Positions 11,901 to 18,897 are shown, numbered from the stretch's first letter. The stretch: DNA of 42,399 nt from an uncultured Bacillales bacterium (GCA_946404585.1 CAMJEC010000001.1:1-42399); one strand, 5' to 3'. Program-made: numbers and translations. The notes: generated from the sequence alone by a model not told the origin.

Positions 11901-12186
11901 CGTAGTACACCATTGTTTCTACACCATCATCAAGCTGCCTAATAAATAAGGAACCATGAATAAATCTAGATAAGTCAAACCCTTCAACAAATTTGCAAAC
12001 AGGATCCAAAGTGACAAACGCAATAATGATAAGAGTGAGCATGAAAACCATGTTATGGGTGGATTTCCATACACCACGTCTAAAGCCCCTTAATGCTGCG
12101 AGAAGAGTGCCGCCGATAAAGACTAGAAAAAGCACTACTAGAGCAATGTTGAAGTAAGCGGTAATTTGTTGAACATTTATTTGCAT
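5902..12186 (-). CDS. Giant membrane-anchored protein (2094 aa): CvpA-like 4-TM N-terminus plus a ~1880-aa uncharacterised domain
   Basis: Single uninterrupted 6.3-kb ORF. The N-terminus IALVVLFLVFIGGTLLAALRGFRRGVWKS plus three more TM helices resembles CvpA-type membrane proteins. The remainder is N/D/S/T/Y-rich with no recognised domain. No SD precedes the ATG. Confidence 0.85.
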   Translation of the reverse strand: MQINVQQITAYFNIALVVLFLVFIGGTLLAALRGFRRGVWKSTHNMVFMLTLIIIAFVTLDPVCKFVEGFDLSRFIHGSLFIRQLDDGVETMVYYVPVTTVKETAAEFVKGLYFVYDVSASSSSLTNFAFAIAESAIKIVLFIVDIILILIFGNLFSFITWYAIGQHLIPKFVRTTVKVRWLGAIETAVTFVVTTALFFTPLTSLVNTLNQSYQKNKPNSDNEIVMNVGNFVDAYNNSLFAKILFNWTADENGMTFDTKFFSTFTTGISEDVSISLLKEFSNASSILVNAISGITNESGQVTYDYTKLITREIVDSTFSALTKSELLTTILPLAVDIVLNSNILEGYIPTRLLDLSDVEWKNELSNVQEMIDALFDSGVMDSVMVADETGHREFRSFGGQDVVDFIDEIINKPNFDEVLNIFRTLDNSKLLARIVPTLITYFKSVNDNGDMEKYLPLSWDEICEFKWGYECYVLFDFLHKTATIDRDFLKAVLIKAGTYIPEEGQEVKKLEQIISEHADDFCDLIVGKMNTAGELIDVDSSGRTIVFKNGKRLEGKNYCLFDMMLFEKALPRILGQLFDLPMMDQFDGKISSEDISDFGKAVQKLNIGKVLVNYKKEFHSILDVVATLGKDVELVEAFSAPNGLNSLMREEGKIFTIEKTHINYLQQAIAKMSKSSLIYSAIVPIVKTFIADPSIASNLNDFGINTDVIVSAINKDMKKDEEHRSFFGDFSSLLDSWDDLGRIYSVVESGNSDNLMDQFKDETLVDAFVNILSALFTNPIINPEPEPGDWYEKNENLYGILGFVFNMTSSIGLTVTRERMREVETYHGWTGSNGEFQAIGNIIKYIATHDVLKAADMFANGLSRTSLTNLKEEGEGKVGLPKLFELVNESYIFKTSLGPFLDNMFGDALSGFLIDTGTNVSFSNILDWAEEGQNIANLLGSLINLTPADDSQAKDFLTNFDISTLHDIVELNYMLHSLSHSGIYTYVDENGINHYQFGAWFYQKISDAMVKFTVNANEYDLLADPKPGENASWSWKDSWGIKPGNPNADQYFEEYTAKYNPDGTQVDTHMIAYRDFVYLNGKANTDESLPTDWCDYTNFIAKQAAFLTAHEADLTGSYAANDWNAYFASDDFIADYNDVFEVDEISRVCKFLCYALRVMEKRSSGPDAGTQIPLNKLPIPVLDGLLTSINETSSLRICLYNFYRIADENLLTGYSAFNTASSYNIYIVDGECPIMDFTNGRPNRQAEIDKLMGFYRVLDEAKANGVINGSDFDYSKMNQGDFLNKMKEAIIDFNSSYVFHRSGSGKVNSLTTFQGLFNSMLSQSSVKDVIYLGEKSPKDANATNYTTKEGKIEYLVTSTFLTDKQINDGAYNFNEQRNKQVNEINTLMDCVDSLYSLKDKDGNATTAINQADMNNNDNIDIIETLFNRLNSSSLLYDCLPNSIYNIFVENNQLNITNGGQSVEFNRVDPFYHYYFNDTVKRSSVDYSARYLSTDISSIISLLTDYQEFNNQLNGKEMSDPTVLKTLTGTGGALKSVLYDMHDSNLFHTPARNIDGASYYTNKFDNGYTLFEELVSKICSFVKLDDFAYDNSYELDVSTYGSASNKLTARIKEITKADDTGISSNVYHTAQGSAWYQEIDSIMNLANTAADMGTGSSLDVSSFELDKLSPTQIKNILTAVNSSDILADALPKFIKDGFASINLGTLTSYNDVNYAYYRLGQAVYGGATATSPEGSEIDNIYQVMNILYNEGTETYHTNMNNMTDFAKGTDGEAKVTGLLKFIYKSHIFNTSQSGTYKQYNVVEGHNVSAQGIMLYNSLGTDLSAYIARDADKLTPAKSALDKISTLSTIVHMENYFDSENDITYQIEAKGLKTLVDLTDGQINASTFNDNNVNTIKSKKGLILGIVESAYNATNETDPSLYKRSAITSEFISGLFNNILENQYTKLDTKPTYQYVTFSFGNDDASSLTLDDYSELNVIERNGLEGMLDALDYIGAGATPSSMQANREQIRIKFAMMGEEPGKNAHMAQALYLTEAHQYLKALRNPAITNAGEQFVPVDETSKDPSVSNNIYSNTFCFKEYGERIANFLDGATIVI

Positions 12187-12220
12187 AGGGAGAATACTTT
12201 CGATAACTTAAAAAAGTTAT

Positions 12221-12229
12221 TGCTATAAT
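12221..12229 (+). promoter_or_regulatory. Extended -10 element (TGcTATAAT) upstream of the CPBP-TraX-trxA genes
   Basis: tgctataat lies 47 nt upstream of the ATG at 12276. An identical 9-mer also precedes rdgB. Confidence 0.4.
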
Positions 12230-12275
12230 TACGTCTGTCTTTAGTGTATAATTTTTTCATTAGGAATGAAAGTAA

Positions 12276-13085
12276 ATGTTATTTAAAGATATTAAATGCC
12301 CTAATTGTGAGACTTATCACGATCCGACACTTCAAAAGTGTCCAGAATGCCATAATAGTAATGAATTATATAAGCTCAATAGAGTCCCAAAAAGAGCCGT
12401 ATTTTTACACCCAATTTGCCAAATAGCAATGTTTATTATCGGTTTTGCTTATGCCGGTATGCTCTTTACTGAATTCTTTTATGCATTTTTTATTAGAATG
12501 ATTGATTCCTCTGATGCACAGTTTAAGAGCACGCTTTTATTAACCCTTACTTATGTCACGATGCTCATCGCTTTACTAGCGGTTCCTCTTCTCAGTCGAA
12601 GAAAGCTATTCCTTAGCAAATTCAATAACGGTATCGACTACATATATGGTCTTGCTTTTGCGATCACCCTTATGGCCGCAGGTGTCTTGATTAATGCTTT
12701 AACATCTATTTGGCATACGCCCGCTGACAATATTAATCAACAAGGCGTTGAATCCATAGCAAAAAGTTATCCTCTAATTGGCATTTTTATCATGGGTATT
12801 GTTGGCCCTATCTGTGAAGAGTTAACGTACCGTGTTGGTCTATATTCATTTTTAAGAAGAATTAATAAGTATTTAGCCCTTATTCTCACCATGGTTATCT
12901 TTGCGATGATTCACTTTACTTTTGAAGCTGAAAACATCGTTGAAGAGTTATGGTCTTTACCAAGTTATTTGGTATCAGGTTTGATATTGACATTAGCCTA
13001 TGAATTACGTGGTCCAGCTTGTTCGATAACCGCTCATGCGTGCTATAACTTAATTGCGATAATCATGATCATGGTGGCTAGATAA
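12276..13085 (+). CDS. CPBP-family intramembrane glutamic endopeptidase with N-terminal zinc ribbon
   Basis: CPNC...CPEC ribbon, and CPBP motifs EELTYR, FAMIHF and HACYN in a polytopic membrane protein. Confidence 0.85.
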   Translation: MLFKDIKCPNCETYHDPTLQKCPECHNSNELYKLNRVPKRAVFLHPICQIAMFIIGFAYAGMLFTEFFYAFFIRMIDSSDAQFKSTLLLTLTYVTMLIALLAVPLLSRRKLFLSKFNNGIDYIYGLAFAITLMAAGVLINALTSIWHTPADNINQQGVESIAKSYPLIGIFIMGIVGPICEELTYRVGLYSFLRRINKYLALILTMVIFAMIHFTFEAENIVEELWSLPSYLVSGLILTLAYELRGPACSITAHACYNLIAIIMIMVAR

Positions 13086-13969
13086 TGGACAATAAGCGTG
13101 GTTTTCCTTTATTACTCAGTAGTTTTTGGCTTAAGATAATTGCCATTTTAACTATGACTGTTGATCACGTTGGTGTGATGTTTGATATCACTCCTTGCCG
13201 TTATATTGGTCGACTTGCCCTACCACTTTTCTGTTTTATGGCCACAGAAGGTGTATTACATACGAAAAACTTTAAAAAATATGCTTTAAGATTAGGCATT
13301 ATGGCTAGCGCTATATCGCTTATTATTGTGGCTACAGAAACTATTCCATTCTTAGCAGAACTCAATCTTGGATTACGTTATGAAGGCGTTATTTTTATTG
13401 ACCTACTTTTAGGTGTATTAGCCGTCTATTGTTTGATGAATAAAAGATGGTATGTCAAACTACTTGCAATCTTACCTTTAGCGTATGGCATAGCCTCATT
13501 CATTGCCACCACATTTGATGATTGTGGCTGTTATGGAGAAGTCTTATGGTTCCCATATTTCTTACGCACACAATATGGGTGGTTCGGTATCGCTTTAATC
13601 ATTGGATTCTATTTAGCGCATTTATTAGTGAGATTATTCTTTAAGTTTCAAAGCAATACTTCTGGTATTGATGCAGATACATATAAAGGCACACGCACTG
13701 AACAGATTGCTGTTAATATTGTTTCCGCGCTTATTCTAGCGGTGTTAACTCTTCTTTATTTCTTAGTACAAAATATCATTGAGCAATATATCTACGTGCG
13801 CGTTATCTACCACGTACAACTGATTTCAATTATTAGCGGAGCGTTTATTTTGCTTTATAGCGGAGCCCGCGGATATAATAAAAAATGGTTCCAGTATGGA
13901 AGTTATCTCTACTATCCATTACACTTGGCCATCATCGCTGCTATCGCGGCGATCGTATTCTCAATATAG
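13085..13969 (+). CDS. TraX-family membrane protein
   Basis: LKIIAILTMTVDHVG signature in a polytopic protein. The start overlaps the CPBP stop (TAATG). Confidence 0.8.
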   Translation: MDNKRGFPLLLSSFWLKIIAILTMTVDHVGVMFDITPCRYIGRLALPLFCFMATEGVLHTKNFKKYALRLGIMASAISLIIVATETIPFLAELNLGLRYEGVIFIDLLLGVLAVYCLMNKRWYVKLLAILPLAYGIASFIATTFDDCGCYGEVLWFPYFLRTQYGWFGIALIIGFYLAHLLVRLFFKFQSNTSGIDADTYKGTRTEQIAVNIVSALILAVLTLLYFLVQNIIEQYIYVRVIYHVQLISIISGAFILLYSGARGYNKKWFQYGSYLYYPLHLAIIAAIAAIVFSI

Positions 13970-13982
13970 GGAGGAATTAACT

Positions 13983-14285
13983 ATGTTAAAACATGTGAGT
14001 AGTCGTGATGAATTCTATGAACTAATCAAAGAAGGCACCGTCTTAGTGGACTTCTTTGCGACTTGGTGTGGTCCATGTAAGATGCTTTCACCAGTTTTAG
14101 AACAATTAAGTGAAGAAGTTGATACATTAATCTTAAAGGTTGATGTTGATGAAGTTGGTGCGGTAGCCGCACAATTTGGTATCCAAGCTGTTCCAACACT
14201 TATGCTTTTTAAAAACGGTCAACGTGTTGATGTCAGAATGGGCTATCAAAACAAAAACCAATTATTAGCTTTTATTAATCAATAG
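13983..14285 (+). CDS. trxA: Thioredoxin
   Basis: WCGPC active site, 100 aa. The ATG at 13983 is preceded by GGGAGGAA. The listed ORF's upstream extension overlaps TraX and is not used. Confidence 0.92.
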   Translation: MLKHVSSRDEFYELIKEGTVLVDFFATWCGPCKMLSPVLEQLSEEVDTLILKVDVDEVGAVAAQFGIQAVPTLMLFKNGQRVDVRMGYQNKNQLLAFINQ

Positions 14286-14289
14286 TTTA

Positions 14290-14319
14290 TTGAAAAGTTA
14301 AGTGAGGATGATATATAAT
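14290..14319 (+). promoter_or_regulatory. Near-consensus sigma-A-type promoter for tRNA-Gly
   Basis: TTGAAA, an 18-nt spacer, then TATAAT. The -10 ends 12 nt before the tRNA 5' end. Confidence 0.6.
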
Positions 14320-14331
14320 CATTCTCGCTAC

Positions 14332-14405
14332 GCAAGTGTAGTTCAGTGGTAGAACATCAGCCTTCCAAGCTGATTATGCGGGTTCGATTCCCGTCACTTG
14401 CTCCA
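14332..14405 (+). tRNA. tRNA-Gly (anticodon UCC), CCA encoded
   Basis: Acceptor stem GCAAGTG/CACTTGC, D-arm TAGTTCAGTGGTAGAAC, anticodon loop CTTCCAA, T-arm GGTTCGATTCC, 3' TCCA. Confidence 0.95.
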
Positions 14406-14411
14406 GACATG

Positions 14412-14442
14412 AAAAAACAGGTTTATAACCTGTTCTTTTTTT
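14412..14442. terminator. Bidirectional intrinsic terminator (tRNA-Gly versus the SHOCT gene)
   Basis: The sequence is aaaaAACAGGTTtatAACCTGTTcttttttt. An 8-bp stem is flanked by an A-run and a T-run. Confidence 0.8.
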
Positions 14443-14863
14443 AGCCTAATATTTTCTTTTTCGCTTGAGCGAACTCTTCATCGGTTAGAGCGCCTGATTC
14501 ATGAAGTTTCGCTAATCTTTCAAGCTTGGTAAGATCATCGACGTTATCTTCTTTAGGTTGTTCTTGAGGAACTTCTTGATTATCCACTACACCATTAACT
14601 CTATCAACGGCAGCGTGAATGAGTTGTTTAAGAGTGTCCGCTTTATATAAATAGAGGTTTCTATGACTACCATTATTCATATAGACAGTCACAACCTTTT
14701 TCCTTGTGTAGATAATTTTTACATCTTGAATATCTTTGTAATAGATTTTGAAACCACTGTTGGAATTTCTTAAGACCCATTCCATATATTCGTTATAGAA
14801 ATAAAGTCCACCATCACCAAGATCAGAGTCACAAACCATTTTTTCGTACGGTACATCAAACAT
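14441..14863 (-). CDS. SHOCT-domain protein with N-terminal PH/GRAM-like module
   Basis: The C-terminus LAKLHESGALTDEEFAQAKKKILG is a SHOCT motif. I chose the ATG at 14863, 8 nt after AGGAAG. The listed ORF starts at a GTG at 14872. Confidence 0.75.
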   Translation of the reverse strand: MFDVPYEKMVCDSDLGDGGLYFYNEYMEWVLRNSNSGFKIYYKDIQDVKIIYTRKKVVTVYMNNGSHRNLYLYKADTLKQLIHAAVDRVNGVVDNQEVPQEQPKEDNVDDLTKLERLAKLHESGALTDEEFAQAKKKILG

Positions 14864-14900
14864 ATTTATCACTTCCTTATACTTATTATAGATAAAACAT

Positions 14901-14909
14901 TGCTATAAT
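14901..14909 (+). promoter_or_regulatory. Extended -10 promoter (TGcTATAAT) ending 6 nt before the rdgB ATG (leaderless mRNA predicted)
   Basis: The sequence is tgctataat acattc ATG. No SD is possible in the 6-nt gap. Confidence 0.5.
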
Positions 14910-14915
14910 ACATTC

Positions 14916-15521
14916 ATGAATTACGAAATTGTATTAGCCACCACAAATAAACACAAACTACAAGAAGTGAGACAAATACTCTCACCACATAAAATCGTTG
15001 TCTATGGTTTAAATGACCTAGGACTTAAAGTTGAAGATGTTGAAGAAAACGGTAAGACTTACGCTGAAAACGCTCTTATTAAGGCCAAAGCTGTGCAAAA
15101 AGTCACATCTTTTCCTATTATCGCGGATGATTCTGGTTTAGAAATCATTCCTTTAGGTAACCGCCCAGGTATGTTCAGTGCGCGTTATGCCTCTGAAATG
15201 GGTGGACATGATAAGGCTATAGCCCAAATCTTAGAAGACTTAAAAGATAAAGATGATAGAAGCGCACAATTCGTTTGTGATATCGTTTTACTTAATGTTG
15301 AAGATAAACCATTAATCTTTGAAGGTATTGCTAAAGGCACTATTGCCACTGAAAAAATGGGTGAAGGTGGCTTTGGCTATGACCCAATCTTTATTAGTGA
15401 TGAAACTAAAGAATGCTTTGGCACCATGGGCCAAGCACAAAAAAACACGGTCAGCCACCGTGCTAAAGCTCTTAAGAAGTTATTAACTTATTTAAGAATA
15501 AACGGATTCATTCCGTTATAA
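14916..15521 (+). CDS. rdgB: dITP/XTP pyrophosphatase (RdgB/HAM1 family)
   Basis: Motifs LATTNKHKLQE, FGYDPIF and SHRAKAL. Confidence 0.92.
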   Translation: MNYEIVLATTNKHKLQEVRQILSPHKIVVYGLNDLGLKVEDVEENGKTYAENALIKAKAVQKVTSFPIIADDSGLEIIPLGNRPGMFSARYASEMGGHDKAIAQILEDLKDKDDRSAQFVCDIVLLNVEDKPLIFEGIAKGTIATEKMGEGGFGYDPIFISDETKECFGTMGQAQKNTVSHRAKALKKLLTYLRINGFIPL

Positions 15522-16555
15522 TACTTCTTCTTAAGTGCATTCTTCCATGTGAAGTGTAGGGTAAAGAACACTAAGGCAGCTAGAATTGCTAATGCTGCGG
15601 CTAAAAGAATAAATGCTTTAGCGACACTGCTAGTAATAATAAATGAGAAAACAATACCCACGATCGCTAATGTGAATAAGAATGAAGCGGCGGGGATAGA
15701 AGCCATAAACAAACGGAACATTGGGAGCTTGTTAGGATAGATTTCATCCTTAATCTTGCTCTTTTTATTATCCTTTGGATATAGTTCAATTTTATGACGA
15801 CGCAAGTCAACATTTGGATTGGAATCCTTGATGCTCACTAATGGTAAGCCATTGCTATCAAAACCAGCGAATAGATAAGTATAGCCATCCGCGGTGACAT
15901 ATTTATCGTTATAGACTTCTTCATAGGCATGTATGGATACGTTAACCATACCAATGATGTCTTTAAATTGTTCTTTGCCGTTATCTACAAAGTATTTAGC
16001 TTCTTGAGCGACGAATTCTTTGTAGTCTTTGATTTCTTTGATTCTTTGCAGGTAAAGAATGACACAATCCATATCATAATAGATACCATGGGTGGTAATT
16101 CTCTTTTTGATACGTGTTTCATAACTTGCTAAAGCATCAAGTAAGAGTAATAAGAAATGATAATATTCTTCCACTGTTTCAGCGTAGTGGCACCATTTAG
16201 GTGCTTCTTGACGATGAAGAGATAAAGCAAATTCAATTTTACTCTTTCTTAAAGTTGATAAATGCACCATAGAAATGATACGGCCAAAGTGTGCCACTTT
16301 GATGGTTTCATTAAGATCAATAATATGGGCAAATGTTTGATATGCTTCTAAATATTGTGTGGAGTCAAATAAAGCTTTTGAAGCATGCTTTAAATAATTA
16401 GCGATTAAAGCATTATAGTTAGCGATAGCTTCTTTTGGAGGCATCGCCGCCATACAATTTGGGCAATAGCAAACCTCTGCATCTTTGTTAACATCAAAGA
16501 TACGTAAATCTTCATCACCTTTGCAATGTGTACAAAAACCCTTTTTTAACGCCAT
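15488..16555 (-). CDS. Hypothetical protein with N-terminal zinc ribbon and C-terminal TM hairpin (355 aa)
   Basis: CTHC...CPNC at the N-terminus and two C-terminal hydrophobic helices. The 3' end overlaps rdgB by 34 nt. Confidence 0.7.
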   Translation of the reverse strand: MALKKGFCTHCKGDEDLRIFDVNKDAEVCYCPNCMAAMPPKEAIANYNALIANYLKHASKALFDSTQYLEAYQTFAHIIDLNETIKVAHFGRIISMVHLSTLRKSKIEFALSLHRQEAPKWCHYAETVEEYYHFLLLLLDALASYETRIKKRITTHGIYYDMDCVILYLQRIKEIKDYKEFVAQEAKYFVDNGKEQFKDIIGMVNVSIHAYEEVYNDKYVTADGYTYLFAGFDSNGLPLVSIKDSNPNVDLRRHKIELYPKDNKKSKIKDEIYPNKLPMFRLFMASIPAASFLFTLAIVGIVFSFIITSSVAKAFILLAAALAILAALVFFTLHFTWKNALKKKYYNGMNPFILK

Positions 16556-16581
16556 ACAATTATCTTATCACAAAAATGTAT

Positions 16582-17871
16582 TTATAATTCATTTTTTGCT
16601 GCTTTTTCTAAACGCTCATTAGCAGCATCTGCCGCTTTATAGATGTCTTCAATACTTTCGTTAATGTTATATTTTCCATTTTCGTAAAGAATCTTACCGT
16701 TAATCATTGTCATGATGACGTTATCTTTACTGCCAGCATAGACAAGGTTAGTGACGATGTTATTAAGTGGCTGCATGTTTGGTTTTGATAAATCAATCAT
16801 GATAATATCCGCGAGTTTATTAACATCTAAGACATCAGCGTCATTAAGCCCCATCGCTTTAGCGCCATTGACTGTGGCCATCTTTAAAAATTCAAATGCA
16901 GGGATGAATTTTTCATCTTGAGTTTGAAGTCTATTGAAAGAGGCTAAAAGATACATTTCTTTAAACATATCTAAACCGTTATTACTAGCAGGACCATCCG
17001 TACCAATCGCAATATTAATGCCCATGTTATAGTATTTTGTGATTGGGACAATGCCAGAGGCTAATTTAGCGTTACTACATGGACATGTCACAATTGTGAG
17101 ATTATGATCTTTGAATAATTGTGCTTCTTCATCAGTGAGATGGACACAGTGATAACCGCCACCACCATAGGCAAATAAGCCGTTTTCATATAAATATTTA
17201 GCAGGAGGCATATTGTGTCTTTGGATACATCCTTCCACTTCACCTTTAGTTTCACTAACGTGAGTAAAGAATGGGCTATGAGTCATCTCAATTGCTTCTT
17301 TTGTTTTAGCAACTCTATTTTCGTCAGCGGTATATTCTGAATGTAAGCCAACGCAGAATCTAACTAGGCTATCTTTATTTTCATTGTATTTACGATAATT
17401 ATTAACTTCTTGTTCCAAAGAAGTCACACCATGTTCATATGTTCCTAAAAGAAGCGAACGAATGCCAAAGTCTTCAGCGCTTTTAGCCATCATTGGAATG
17501 AAGAAATAATAATCAAATATCGCGGTGATACCACTTGTTAAATATTCTAGGTAGGCCACTTTATTAAGAGCGTAAACATCTTCAGGAATTAAATGTTCTT
17601 CTCTAGGAAGACAAGTATTGAACAGCCATTCGTGTTGACGTTCATCATCAGCTTTACCTCTAAGGAAGACCATTGCACTATGAGCGTGAGCGTTTTTAAA
17701 ACCAGGCATTAAAAGATTTTTCTTACAATCAATTTCACGGTCAAAAGGACCATAGCTTTGATAATCATTACCAATGTAGGCAATGCGGTTATTATTGACC
17801 ACTAAACTGCCTTCAATGATTTGATCATTTTTCATTGTCAGGATACGTGCATTTTTTAATAAGATTTTCAT
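16582..17871 (-). CDS. Amidohydrolase, MtaD-like 5'-methylthioadenosine/S-adenosylhomocysteine deaminase
   Basis: Motifs PGFKNAHAHSAM (HxH), IGTDGPASNNGLDMF, and HCVHL. Confidence 0.85.
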   Translation of the reverse strand: MKILLKNARILTMKNDQIIEGSLVVNNNRIAYIGNDYQSYGPFDREIDCKKNLLMPGFKNAHAHSAMVFLRGKADDERQHEWLFNTCLPREEHLIPEDVYALNKVAYLEYLTSGITAIFDYYFFIPMMAKSAEDFGIRSLLLGTYEHGVTSLEQEVNNYRKYNENKDSLVRFCVGLHSEYTADENRVAKTKEAIEMTHSPFFTHVSETKGEVEGCIQRHNMPPAKYLYENGLFAYGGGGYHCVHLTDEEAQLFKDHNLTIVTCPCSNAKLASGIVPITKYYNMGINIAIGTDGPASNNGLDMFKEMYLLASFNRLQTQDEKFIPAFEFLKMATVNGAKAMGLNDADVLDVNKLADIIMIDLSKPNMQPLNNIVTNLVYAGSKDNVIMTMINGKILYENGKYNINESIEDIYKAADAANERLEKAAKNEL

Positions 17872-18545
17872 TTTTTACCTGCCTCACACATCTCTTGGAG
17901 ATGTAACTCATATTCATATAATTCATTAGCGACTTCATTTAGTTTAGCTTGATTCATTACTGGACCAATCTTTTCTTTAACATCAAATGGTTTACCAATT
18001 ACTAGTCTAGTCATATGCCAGATACTAGTTCTTTTTTGATGATAAACAGGGATGATTGGTTTACCAGATAGATAGGCCATTAAGACAATACCACCTTTAA
18101 AGGCATCAACTTCACCATCTCTTTTAATATGACCTTCTGGAAATAAACCTAAGACGTGTCCATTAGCGACATATTGACTTAAAAACTTCATCGTGGATAA
18201 AGATGGTTTTTCTCTATCGATTGGATATGACAAGAAGACGTTTTTATAAATCCAAGCAGTGAATTTATTCTTAATCAATTCAGTCATGAAAACAAAGTGT
18301 AATCTTCTTGATAAGAACGCTGTTAGTAGGATAAATGGATCAGAGAAACCAACGTGGTTAGAAGATATGAATGCCCCACCTTTGATTCTCTTTTTAGCTT
18401 CTGGTCCATCGTAGATCTTTTTGATACGATACCAAATCATTGTTTGCCAAAAACCAAACCATTTCACTAAATCATAAAGGATGTATTTGAATGAAAACAA
18501 TTTTGCTTTTGGTACTTTTTGCTGCTTGTTTTTCTTTTTGTCCAT
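17868..18545 (-). CDS. 1-acyl-sn-glycerol-3-phosphate acyltransferase-like (PlsC/LPLAT family)
   Basis: NHVGFSD (HX4D) and FPEGH motifs. The TGA stop overlaps the downstream ATG (ATGA). Confidence 0.85.
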   Translation of the reverse strand: MDKKKNKQQKVPKAKLFSFKYILYDLVKWFGFWQTMIWYRIKKIYDGPEAKKRIKGGAFISSNHVGFSDPFILLTAFLSRRLHFVFMTELIKNKFTAWIYKNVFLSYPIDREKPSLSTMKFLSQYVANGHVLGLFPEGHIKRDGEVDAFKGGIVLMAYLSGKPIIPVYHQKRTSIWHMTRLVIGKPFDVKEKIGPVMNQAKLNEVANELYEYELHLQEMCEAGKK

Positions 18546-18628
18546 ATCTTAACTTTTATATTTTATATAAGAATTTATATATAATCAATTATGCTTTCAA
18601 TATGTATCTTTATTTTAAGATACTGCTT

Positions 18629-18637
18629 TGATATACT
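18629..18637 (+). promoter_or_regulatory. Extended -10 promoter for the T-box leader
   Basis: TGaTATACT lies about 12 nt upstream of the Stem I base. Confidence 0.4.
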
Positions 18638-18649
18638 TACTTGGTAAAG

Positions 18650-18897
18650 CGTTGAAGGAAACAAGTACGCTTAATGATGTCTTCTAGAGAGTGGCCGGTT
18701 GCTGTAAGACCATAGACTAGTTAAGGGGAATACATTCTGGAGCTGCTTCCTGAACCATTTAGTAGGGAATGACGGGTTCGCCCGAAATAGCGAAGTGTCA
18801 AAGACACACTAAGGGATAGCTTGTGAGAGTTATCTAAATAGAGGTGGTACCACGTTTAATCGTCCTCTGTTCCGTTTTTTGGAATAGAGGTTTTTTA
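18650..18897 (+). promoter_or_regulatory. T-box leader, Tyr specifier (UAC)
   Basis: GA/K-turn-like Stem I base (GTTGAAGGAAACAAGTA) and an AGAGAG/GGTTGC distal region. The specifier loop GAA-TAC-A has TAC at 18731-18733. T-box sequence AGAGGTGGTACCACG at 18840-18854. The terminator overlaps the antiterminator. Confidence 0.9.
18864..18896 (+). terminator. T-box attenuator terminator
   Basis: The sequence is CCTCTGTTCCgttttttGGAATAGAGGtttttt. The 10-bp stem includes one G-T pair. Confidence 0.85.

Noticed and set aside
12203-12220. Palindrome ATAACTT-aaaa-AAGTTAT in the divergent promoter region, considered as an operator.
   Set aside because: It is a 7-bp AT-only arm in a very AT-rich spacer, which is expected by chance, and no regulator gene is nearby. 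It is not strong enough to call.
13896-13982. N-terminal extensions in the supplied ORF track: trxA 13896-13982, glpK 3433-3471, HI0933-like 24176-24211, repeat protein 26552-26608, large lipoprotein 33344-33400, yhcG-like 40259-40294.
   Set aside because: The extensions overlap upstream genes or lack SDs. Internal ATGs with good SD spacing give N-termini that match family norms (WCGPC thioredoxin length, MKYILAIDQGTT, MKIGIIGAG, and signal peptide MKKSIK...).
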